From Choristocarpus tenellus KU-1152 (lineage: Eukaryota; Protista; Phaeophyceae): a stretch of DNA of 37,413 bases. A model generated the notes under the pieces. That model was not told the DNA's origin. It was given only the letters and a program-made list of their open reading frames with translations, and made no database searches. The stretch is from positions 1 to 37,413 of the forward strand of contig CAXNAD020000039.1 in assembly GCA_964200185.2 (NCBI GenBank), read 5' to 3'. Of this stretch, positions 19,394 through 30,700 are shown piece by piece. A program made the position numbers and the translations under genes. Positions within the stretch are counted from its first letter, which is position 1; every line of letters begins with the position of its first letter.

Positions 19394-21030
19394 ATGGAGA
19401 CAGATGAACAGCAGCAGGTAAGTTGATTACGATGCCTTGGCGCATGCTTGGTGAAAAATGAGCTCATCTCCTCGGAGCCTTAGACTTATACGTGCTCACC
19501 ATATCCCCTCTGTTTGCCATTGTGCACACCTGTAGATCTCATCTTGATAGTATCTGGGTTGTTTCCGCACAATTTTCTTTCCCGTGGATTAAAGTTTGTC
19601 AGGCTTATCAGCGCCGAGGGTGCAGAATTCTGGGTGGAAAGGAAGTGTGCCATGGTGTCGGGCACAATCAAGGCCATGCTCAGCGGTAAGAGATGGTGTC
19701 TTTTGTTCAAACTGAGACAGGGGAACGATCATCACGGGCCTATTGAAAAAGGTTTCCCCCTTGATACTGGAAGTAGCTAACCATAAAGGACCCGTGAGAC
19801 TGTAGGGATAGCGCATTCCAACTGAAGAATTGTTGGAGGATAAGCTTAACACTCACAAGGCAGGCAGGCTCATTCGACTCGCCAGACTCAAAAAGGCCCA
19901 GCATTATTCTGGGACGTGGCTCCAAAAATGCATTGCTTGTGTTTCTGTGGAGGATGGTGACATATTGCAGTGCACTGAAGGGACCACTTCCTTTTTCCAA
20001 CAACCCATATTATTGATCAACCCGATCCCTTAACCAATATGCATCCATCAAGAATGCCCTCTTCGGTGCTCATGGATAACCCGCCAGGTGGCTTCGGAGA
20101 GGCGTCATCGGGAAAGGTGTGCTTTGCGGAGATTTCCACACCAATCCTTGAAAAGGTCATCCAATTTGTCTACTACAAGGTATTCTATTTGTACCATGCC
20201 AGATGGAGGGTGGGTTTTTTTCCCTCCCAATCTTGGCTCACTTCAACTATCCTTTGTTGCAGCTATGGGAAAATCCGGACTGAGGTCCTACCGGTCAAGG
20301 AAAGAAATGAGTAGCAGTGACTCATTGTATGGTGGAGCATGAGGGAAGGTGGGGAGGCCATTCCATCCAGTATTGAAATGTTGTGTAGCCAGGATACAGA
20401 GCATAGTTAGACTATTAGTGGTCAAAGGTCAGGGTAGGAAAAAAGATATGGGGAGGGGTTGAGCGCACACCACACCACCCCTGTTTTATAGAATGCACTC
20501 CATTCTCATATTTGATTCGGTTGGCATTGATCTGAAACCACCCTCAAGATGACACTTCAATGTGTTGTTAACCCTTGCTCTCCCCGCCCCCTAAAGCTCA
20601 GCCACAAATCTTCCTCTCCCCTACTTTCCTATCCTCTGCTCATGTATAGCATCATTTCGAAATTTGAATCTCCTGTTCCATTACGTTGCCTTACCCTACC
20701 TATCATATTTCTCATATATTGTAGAGTCATTCTGTGCCTGAAACTATCTACCTGGAGTTGTGAGTCAGAACCAAATGCCATTTGTTGCATGCAGCAGACC
20801 AACCTTAAAATGTACAATCAGGGTGTGTACTATCTCATTACTGTGCAAGTTGCATTCAACTTCATACACATACTCTTTTTTTTCACAGCCTCACCTTACC
20901 TGATCTCATTTAATCTCTGATAAATTGACAGGTTCGCCACACGAACAGTGCTACACGCATACCTGATTTCCCAATCGAGCCAGAGTTGGCATTGGAGCTC
21001 CTTATGGCTGCAAATTTCCTTGATTGTTGA
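19394..21030 (+). CDS. ELOC: Elongin C (SKP1/BTB-fold adaptor of Elongin BC-cullin ligases), 4 exons, 101 aa
   Basis: Exons 19394-19417 (METDEQQQ), 19595-19685 ([30 protein letters not shown]), 20088-20179 ([31 protein letters not shown]), 20932-21030 ([32 protein letters not shown]). All introns GT-AG and in phase. [10 protein letters not shown] and the terminal [12 protein letters not shown] are diagnostic of Elongin C. Confidence 0.96.
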
Positions 21031-22448
21031 CAACAGGGGAAAGGTTATGTCTATGCATGATCAAACATGGCAATTCTTGTTACTTCCAGGTTGTATATAT
21101 ATATGGATCTCTCCGGGGGGAGCTCGTTTTTTGTGTTTACTTGGAATTGAGAAGCTGGGACCTGGGTCACGATGCAGTATACACTAACCCCTCCTGTTTT
21201 GCAGTGCAAGCATGAAAGGCACATATGATTGCATTCACTCCAATGATGCGCTCTCTTGCTCCTTTGCCACCAGTATTTGGCCATCCGTTGACAGCGCAAA
21301 GCACACTGGGTATGATAGCGAGAATATTGCAGTAGGGAGAGTATGAGTATTGTTTTCATCTTTTCAAGCCTATATACATCACATGTCCACCTCTTTCTCA
21401 TCGTTGGGATGAGACCAGGCTGAGCTTGTTGCCCTGCATTCATTAGCAGGGTCTAGAGCTGACCCTAAAACAGATGAGGCAATAGTGCAGTGAACTGTCA
21501 CTCAATATTTCTGTCACCCCCCCTCTGCCAATGTAGTACTATGTTAAATTGGCAAGGGTTAGGTACACATCCTGCAGTAGCTTATGCCAACAATGGATGC
21601 TACATGTTTGTTCCAAAGGCACCTTTGGCTCCCATCCCAAATTGTTGAGGGAAAATACTGCTCTACCTGTAAGAACACATCTGTAGTCCAAATGAAACAG
21701 CAAATGGCATCCAAGACGGTCCAATTTATATGTATACAGGACAGTGACGAACAGACCCATGTGAAATAGGTGAATTCCTGTACTGTGACATGATCTGAGC
21801 TGCCTTTTATCATTTTTAACTTGGGGCAAAATCACTTGTGGAGTTATATTTTGTGATCTGACTGTGAAAAAGGAAATTGAGACCCTACAATTAACATCGT
21901 GTTTGACTTGAATACTGCTATAATACTTAAATGAGTACCATTGTAATCATGGATGACAACCATATATATGCACGTCCCTCTTTTTGTACATCAAAAAGCT
22001 ATTTAGGTCTGTCTGTGAGAACACCATTGTGAGAAGGGTGTCATGCCCTTGTTACCTGTAGGGGTATGAGGTGGCCTCTTGGCTCATTCAATGCAACACC
22101 AGTACAACAAGGGAAGGTGTGAAAAGGTCGGTCACAGTAACATTGGTCTCAAGTGAAGGGTTCTTACTATTTGCCATTGATGTCTATACCAATGAATTCC
22201 TCACTGAATTGGGATGTTCTTTCTTGAACACTAATGTTAACGGAAGAGTGACCTCCCATTGCTTCTGCACATGGTGGAGTGATCCTCCTGTTTCCTAATA
22301 TCTCACACTTCTATTTTACCTGAAGTGCATGTGGTCATCCCTTCCATTTATAATATACTCAGTACTCAGCAGTACAGTATGTATCTAGTGCCTAGGACTG
22401 CACTCCTGGGAATCACAATCTCAACAAGATGCAATAGCAACACCAAGA

Positions 22449-25400
22449 CTACTTGCCAACATATGCAACACATGTCCTGTGGCGAGAGGAGTTGGGTCGA
22501 ACCTCAGGTGTCCTAAACCCTGCCTCCAATAGCTCATGGCCCAGGTCAAGGGAGATATACTCCTGAAGGTATGGCTCAGTGCTCTGAGAACATATAAGAG
22601 GACAACAGAAAAGATAAAGGGCTATTGAGGGGGGATGATGAATGAAGAGTGAAAACAGGAATCAATCTCTACACTAAAGTAGGGTTGGGTGCTATGAAGA
22701 TGCAATTTTACCCTTTTGAGTCAAAGCTATGGGTAGTACAAGCTGAAGGCAGGTATGGACACAATGGCGTAAGACCAGACTAGACCATGCTACACTTGAC
22801 ATGAAACGAGCATCACTCTGCTCTGGAGCTATCACCAGTTCAACAATTTTCATGTTTACAGCATGTCCGATATCTGCAATGGCAACAGGGGTTGGGACTA
22901 ACAATTATGGTTATTAGCTAGTAGTAGGAAAGATTAAATTCAAGCACCTGCATCACGTATTCTTGGTAAGCAAAAAACTTTAAAAAGTTATCCAGCCAAG
23001 TCAGGCAATCAAATCCTTAGTGTGATACCATAGGAAATAAGAAGAAAAATAGGTCACAGGTGCCTGTTACGTTTTGTGGTATCACAGTCATTCATCCATC
23101 TAGGGCAACCTTCGAAGTACAGTATAGCTCCCCAGGCATTGTAAGCATGTATGCAAGCACTGATACAAACCAGTGCTTCTCAGGACCCAGGTAAATAGGC
23201 AGGATCATTGGCCTCCTTCCTGATCTGATGTGCTTGGGATACACTCCCTCTATGATTGGTTACAGTGTAATTGACCATCTAACAAGCCAATCAGGCATCA
23301 CTCACAGAAAAACCTCGTGCCTACAGTGTTAAGCCACCTGAACACTAAACAGCTGATGCAAAATAAGTGGCAAGTGGCATTACAACGACAGCAGGTCAAG
23401 ACCCTTTCACACACACACACAGTCAAGCTCTGACTCATGGAGACATGGGACACTTCCACTTCCCAAGATATGTGTGGGGCACAAGGTAGCACATTACCTT
23501 AAAGCCCGCGAAGGCGAACGGATTGGTGGCCAGTCGCTGGAATGCAGGGGACAGAGGGTTCATGTCCTACACTCAAAGGGGCAATCACAAGCAGAAGTGT
23601 GGGGTGCATGGGGTCTTGGATAGAAACAAAATACTTGTGACAAATGCCAACCATGTAGGTTGAAAATTCAGTGGGGGGAGGGGGGTAAGTACTGCAGCTC
23701 TTGTGGTTGGGGATATGCAAACAGTTTGACTAACTGTTGAGTTTAAAGTACGAGAATAGCCTCCTTGAACAACAAGTTGGATGACAATCGTGCCATTCTC
23801 AAGTCAAAAACTACTCCTCAACAACAGAGGGTTGGGTCTGAGGAAATTCATTCCACAGAGTCCATACCCTCAAAATAGTGCTCCATGAACATCTTCTCCC
23901 AATCATTCACTCCTCGAAAAATGCACAGCTCTTCCCATTTTCTGATCAACATGTGTTTTGAGTATGCAAGAATATGCCATTAATATGGAAGTAATTTGCT
24001 GCATTCCAAACTCTGACACAACAACAAAACCTGTTTCCTACAGCACTTACAAATAAACAATCAACCACAGCCCAACTACTGATGTGACCAGCAGACCCTA
24101 TGCTGCAAATGCATACTAAGGTAAAAATGGTAGCATGCAGAATCTTTTCTTTACATAAAATAAAAAAGACCACAACATAACAAGCGCACCATGATCAACA
24201 TCGTAAAGTCTGTGGGATTCAAGAGAGGTAAAACTGGATATCATCCTCTTGCTTAACAGCCGTAGGACAAAATTCCCACAATATCAACACGGAATTGGTT
24301 TCTTCATTCCTTCATAGTAGTAGTAGTACAATTCATCATTTTCTTTGTGCTTTAATTTCTTCCTACTTTCTTTGATGGTAATTTCTTGAAATAGTAATCC
24401 CGAATCAGATAGATGATAACACAATTGCAAAAGGTGCCGCTTAGAAGTAGTACACCACACAAGCACAATTCTTACAACGTGCTCTTTTCATCACAGGAAG
24501 GATTGTGCATGGTCTAAACAATCTGGCAGGTCTGCACTGAATCCACATATAGAGCTGGTATCAAGACCAAGGACAGGAATAGATTGCCCAAAAGGTGGTT
24601 TGGAGGACTTACCATGAACGCAATGGCCCCCCCCGGGCGAAGCAAGCGATATGCCTCTCTGAACACGTTCCTGCTTCAGCATATATCATCCACAGGCAGA
24701 GATGGATAAAACAGTTGCAGAGAGGAAGAGGGGGCAGGGGTGTACACATGCGTAAGACATTTGCCTTGTCAACACCAGATTCGCTTTGTCTGTCTAAGGG
24801 ATATGTACTTGAAGTAATGCTAGGGAAATATAGACTTGTGACATGAACATAGCAATGTATGTATCCAATACCTGATACTTAACCCAAACCCAAACCCACT
24901 GCCAATTACTACAGTCAAATGCTATGTAGTGTATGACCACTAATACCTATTCCTCCCCTTTTCAGAAGTCTAAACCACCACATAAACCTTCACAAACAAA
25001 ACGCCAATAATTATTATATATATTTTTAAGTGGATGCACAAGTCGCCACTGACTGTAACTTACTGGAATATTTGTGCTACAAAACTGGTCAGGCGTCTGA
25101 CAGATCAGGTAAGATGCAGTTGAGGTCACTCTACAACAATACCCTCCAGAACTGCTACGTCACAGTCCAATAGCTCACTCACAACCAGAGGGATATGCCC
25201 ATAGGACGGAGCCAGAACATCCTCTGGGACACACATACACATTCCAGACACACATCTGCACATTCCACTCACCTGGTTGCTTGTGCTGGAAGCTCATGAT
25301 TCACAAGGCATATTGAAACAAGGTCTGCTGAGTTGTCAGCAAGCCCAGTGCCCTCCCCTGCCCCATGGATGTAAGCAACCCTTCCAATTGCTGATGCCTG

Positions 25401-27207
25401 TTCCTCCCTGGTCCTGAGGTTGTACCTTGCCACCGAGAGCATGTGTGGAGAGAGGTCAACCCCAGTGATCTGCCGGGCCTTGCCAAATGTCTGGGCTAGC
25501 TTTAGTGTGGACAGTCCAGTTGAGCATCCAATATCTACAATGTCCCTAACCTCTTTCTGACCCTGCGGAAACATAAAAATGTCAAGGACAGTATGGAAGC
25601 ATTCTTCAGTCAAGAGAGGGAGTACTAAGTTGACTGGGAATGAACTGCAGTGAAGAGGTGGAATCAAAAACGCACCTAAGCATGGACTGTGGTCTTGAAC
25701 TATGATGGGTGCAGTGAGCTTACATCAGCATGACATAGATAAACAATACTAAAAAAAAGGTCCATAACCCATGTGCTGTTCCTGCCTCCCCCCTCCATCA
25801 AATAGTCCAAGCAATCACACCCAAGATGCTGTGCACACACATTGAGCATCTCCCGCATACGTAGATGAAAGTTGCTCCTCAAACGATCATCTCCATCAAT
25901 CTCAAAGTCACTTTTCTTCTCCGTGAAGAGGTTTGCGTGAACAGACAAGGCGCTGGGCTCCACCTCCATGGCTGCCTTCCAGCACAGGTTCCCCTCTGTG
26001 TACGCATGAAAAGGAGCCTTATAGTAATCTGGGGTGGAGTCCCACACCTGCCACGGTGTAGAAAATTTCCGATATACATTTGATAGTTGTGGATCTTTGA
26101 CGGTGCAAGCTGATACCACAGTTCCTTCATCAGTAACATCAATGTTGACTTGGCAGTTTCAAAGACAGTAAAGGGGTTCACAGGGAAGTAGGGATTTCGC
26201 TGACAAGATCAAATCTAATCGAGATATGCACCAGGGAGAACGTTGTGAGCGCGGCTGATCAATTGATCTTCTTTCTACCTCAACTCTCGGAACAACTCAA
26301 ACCAACCCAAGCACAAATATTCCTCTAACAAAAACTCTGAAGCGACAGCGACCCAGAATTAATGGAACGACAAGGTTCCCTCCCCTCCCGAACCTTCCAC
26401 CTGCCTCCATGTTCAGTAGACCATCGTACTCTCCCTGTAGGGCATCGATGTTTCGCTTCATCGAGTCCACGGTATCTGACCACCCAACACCCATCATATC
26501 AGCACGATCAATGATCTTCTTACGGGCCTTGACACAGGCAAAATCAAAGAAAGGCTCGAACTTGAACAGAGAGTTTATGGCAGAGGTTGCAATTCGTAGG
26601 CCAAGGCTGGACCTGTATATTCCAAACGAGGTAGGCGTATTGTCCAACCATAGCGGATGTGTGGGTAATGAATGGCGAGGGATATCGTTCTATGGCTTGC
26701 CTCTTAATGAGGTAAGGAGAGTAAATTTTCGTATTTAAAAAGATTTGAATTTTCTTCACATGCTTATCCGAAGTAGGCAACAAGAAGAGCTGGTTCGATT
26801 CATCGCATCATCCGCTCACCTTTCCTTCAGCTCAAATGCTGCCAAGGACGCTGTGCTTGCGTCATCTTCAGTTGTCTCCATGTGCATACGTGTCCTGAGA
26901 GGGGGAGGTAGGTAGACTTGGCATCACTATCTTGATGCAGTGAATATGCAGGTATGTATATGACGAATAGAGTAGTCGTTGCACGGTAGAGCACACAAAT
27001 AGCAACCACACATCCCCAACTAGAACTGAAAAACGAAAAATGATACCAGGACCTCACTACAAATTACCTTTTCCAAGACGATCTACCTTGGCAACATATT
27101 GACGGGGGACCACCAAGGAAGGAGGTGGTCACATGGAAAGAAGTTAAAGATACCAACAGCATGAGGTACACCCAAGCCCTGGAAGCGAGGGCTGTCAAGC
27201 ACCCCAT
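22449..27207 (-). CDS. Class I SAM-dependent methyltransferase (Methyltransf_11-type, cyanobacteria/plant-like family), predicted plastid-targeted; 8 exons, 393 aa
   Basis: Exons 27207-27068, 26894-26820, 26612-26405, 26047-25841, 25562-25273, 24670-24613, 23566-23498, 22583-22449. Motifs: PDYYKAPFHAYTEGNLCW, SAM motif I IVDIGCSTG, TGVDLSPHML, DLVSICLVNHELP, EAYRLLRPGG, DMNP, STEPYLQEY. The N-terminus has a hydrophobic signal ending TTS-FL followed by a Ser/Arg-rich transit-like segment. Intron 3 requires a GC donor. Confidence 0.92.
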
Positions 27208-27716
27208 CCCCAGCGATTTTTCGTTTACTTGCCGACCTACTACTGTTGTACTTTCTTTCTGTATTGATGTTGTCACGTTGATCTTTTTATAATATAAAAA
27301 AAATCAAAAACTGTCTCTCATTCTCCCATTGGCCAATCAATGGTCGGGAGAACTGTATGTGATACCCAATAAATATCCATCAATCCCTTTTCTCATTTCC
27401 TCTTTTGGTTTTGTCTTTTCAGTTGGTATTGATTAGTAATATACAAATACCAGCCCTCCCCCTTTCCTTTCTTCGAACACCCCTTGCACAGTTCTGGAGA
27501 ATTTGCCGTTCGGTTCATCCGCAGTGTTGCAAGTAGTGTGTATCAAGTTAGCCTCGGCTGGGAACTCGGCGACCGAGCGTTTGCCATTGGGAGCGATCAT
27601 ATCTGCAACCTCTTCTTGGTATCCACCCTGAACCGAGACGATTGTTGGTTTTGGTCACCTACTCGGTTTCACGTATCACTGCTGAGCGTCATTGTTGTCG
27701 ATTGTCGTTCCTCACG
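27208..27716. promoter_or_regulatory. Bidirectional promoter region (509 bp between divergent ATGs)
   Basis: Palindromic TATA element TTTTTATA-A-TATAAAAA (27284-27300) and palindromic ATTGGCCAAT (27328-27337) inside the dyad TTCTCCC...GGGAGAA (27321-27352). CpG-rich stretch 27500-27716. Confidence 0.6.
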
Positions 27717-30700
27717 ATGGAAAAGTTTTTTAATCAAGTCAAGGGGGCCTTAAAGATAGGTAGTGACAAGACCACAACCTTCGATGTTACCTTTCATGAG
27801 GCGAAGCTAGGGATGACCTTGTCAGCGGGACCAGATGGACAGGCGGTTGTCACAACTGGTGAGACTTCATTTACACATGATTGTCCTTCGACGCGGTGTT
27901 TATGCCCATCTAGATTCCTTTGACACCCCGTGTTTTCCGCCGTCGCATTAATTTTTGCTGTTTTCTTCTGAGTAAACAGTATTGCCAGGCGGACCAGCAG
28001 CAAAGGGTGGTGTTGCTTGTAATGATGTCATTGCGACTGTCGATGGAACTAATGCTCCCATGTACAATGAGGTCGTCACAGTCGTCGGTGTGCTTGGGCG
28101 ACCGTTGGTAATAGGTTTCTACAGGGAAGGGAAGAAACAGTCCATAGGGGAGGAGAGGGCTGGTGTAAATACAGAATCGAAGAAGCCACTAAGCGCATTG
28201 CAACGGGCGCAGGAGGCAGCCCGGCGCAAGATTGAGGAAAGGCAAACACAGAAGGTTATTCATCTGAATGTTGCGCGCTCGGTCGCTCCCCTCATCTACC
28301 CACTCTTTGCCATTGCGCCCTCTATGCTAACTATGGTTGTCTTGTCAGTGTGAAATTGCGTTGTGTTTATTGCATTTTTTTTCTAAGTAATCTATTCGTA
28401 TTGGCCTCCCGCGGAGGGCCTTTCTTCCCAATCTGTGCCTTTTTACTGACGACTTTCTGCGCAAGAAGTTGGTTCATAAGCTAGAAAAAACTGCGTGCAA
28501 GACATGAACGATTGTATTCAGCTGGCGAGATTGTCGTTCTGTTTGCCCAACAGCCTCATCAGGCACCACCAATGACGGAGGAGGAAAAAGAAGAAAGGCG
28601 AAAAGCAGCCCTTAAGGCGGCCGAGGCCCGGACTAAGAATTGGGATAAGAGATTGCAAAAGGGGAGGCAAGCAACGCAGGCGAAAGCACCTGGCGAGGTG
28701 AGCATCAAATCCCATGGATTCCAAGGTTTCTAGTCACCTCGATAATGACAATCAAAGCTTAGTATGGGGATATATTATTCTACAGCAACCATTGTTTATT
28801 TTTCCCTAATAATGTGATCCAAAATTTCCTCCTCAATAGTGCTTCTTGGCAATCAGGAACGTCTTGTTTTGTTTATCACACTTCAATTCATTATGTGTAG
28901 ACAAAAAATTTGTTTGCAACACTTTCAAGATCCAATATTTTTCATGGCCATAGTTGATTGCATATCAATACTATGTTCTTTTAGTTGTGACCAAAGAATA
29001 TTGTGTAGGAAGCAATGGGAAGTATTACTGGCGATAGCTTTGTGCATGAAATACCCTATTGTAAGACTGCAAGGTGAAAGGCATTTGCTACTGATTTCAC
29101 CATTTGTTTATGCTATTCATTGCGTCCACATTTCTGAAGTTACCAAGACTTTTCAATCCTCTCCTCTTGAGAAAAGCCTAGGTGTTTTTGCTGGCCATAC
29201 TACTGGAAATGCAGCAAAAGTGCGCAAGTTTCTTTTAAATAAACTATTCCAGCCTGTACCATATTTCAGAATATGGTACATGTTGACATGTCAAAGAGTT
29301 GAGAAATAGATTATCAGAACAGTAAAAGCCATGGTTGGCGCAAGAACAAGAACATCCAGTCATGCAATCCAACTGCAGAACTACAACCACAGTTAAATTT
29401 GGTCACCATCCTGTCCTCCAAATACAGAACTTCTTTGGCCGTGCTGTGTACAATGCACTTGAGTCTTCCTGATAATCATCCTTGGCCTATTTTTCGGCTG
29501 TTATTAGTGCTTATTTCATGCCTGATTTTATTGCAGGACATGTAAGATAGCTAATTTATTCGAACCTCTTGTCCCTGTCACTACGTATCTTCCTGTAATA
29601 AATGTCGCCTGACCAGGGTGGGGAAAACAAGTTTACAGCGTCAACCAATGCGGAGACGAAACGAATCGTGGAACTTGCTAAGCAGCAGGAAGCAGCCACA
29701 GCACAACGCATGGGTTACAACCCCTACGAGGCTCGCCTCATGGGTCACACGGTACGATCTCCTGGTGTAGACTGAGTTGGGGGAGTAGGTGTAGGTTTAT
29801 CGGCACATAGTTTTTTGTGAATTGGGACACCTCTCGGTGAAAAGGATGAAGTCACATAGGTTTGGAAATGTCCTGTACCATAGGAGGACTTGTTTGTTTG
29901 CTTCTAAGGCTCCAAGAAAAAAAGAAGTTGCAACTGGTGCTTTGTTCCAAGAGGCACGCCAGAAAGGTTGGACCTACTACACTTTTCATGCACAGGTGTG
30001 TTCACTGTGGTGCTTGCTGGCTTAGCTTTAAAGCATCTAGGGAAAATGTTTGCTCTATGAGAGAGGAATGTGCACTCAGGCGGGCGCACTGTGTGTGGAG
30101 TTGTTGGCAGAGAGTTGAGGGTCATTTGTTTTGTGGTATATGCAAAGGTGTGGTGTGATAATGACAATGCTATTGCTATAGTACTTCACTAGTATTGATA
30201 GTAACATCTCAAGCCTCCTCCTTCTCAGCTAACCGTTCTTTTTCCTTGTGTCAATCTTTTGTTTGACGTGTGTCCCCCACCAGGCCGCAAGAGCCGCCGT
30301 CCAAGGTGCGGGGGGGGGGGAGGGAGGTATTCCCCTAGCAAACCAATCCCAGTCATCTCCTGTACCTTTGGCAGCAGAAGAACCTCCTGCCAGTGTCATT
30401 GATAGGGAGGCAGTGGGTGGAAGGGGGGAGGGGAGAGAGGAAGTTGAAGAGGAGTGGATAGGTCAGGAAGCTGCAATGGCCGAGGGGATTGCTGCTGAGG
30501 TTGAAGAAGCCCTAGGAGGAGTCTTAGCCCAGGTGCAAGTCTGGTAGTGAGACATGGTATATTGCAAGCATTTACGTATGGACTGCATGCAACTAGCTTG
30601 TGTAAACAGTGGTTTGTTGTGGTTGTGCTAATACTCTTATGTATTTCGATTTTCTGGGGACATGGGGTGCTTCAGTGGGTCTGTATGAGTGCTCGCAGTG

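Noticed and set aside
19394-21030. SKP1
   Set aside because: The protein stops at AANFLDC and lacks the C-terminal F-box-binding helices of SKP1.
1-28254. Idea that the PDZ protein scaffolds the neighbouring glutamate receptor
   Set aside because: None of the three possible GLR C-termini (AGGE*, DLAR*, ANAS*) ends in the hydrophobic residue expected of a PDZ ligand, and proximity alone is not evidence.
28839-29309. 156-aa ORF inside the PDZ-PUB gene
   Set aside because: Intronic, with intron-like composition; the flanking exons 28697 and 29617 join in phase without it.
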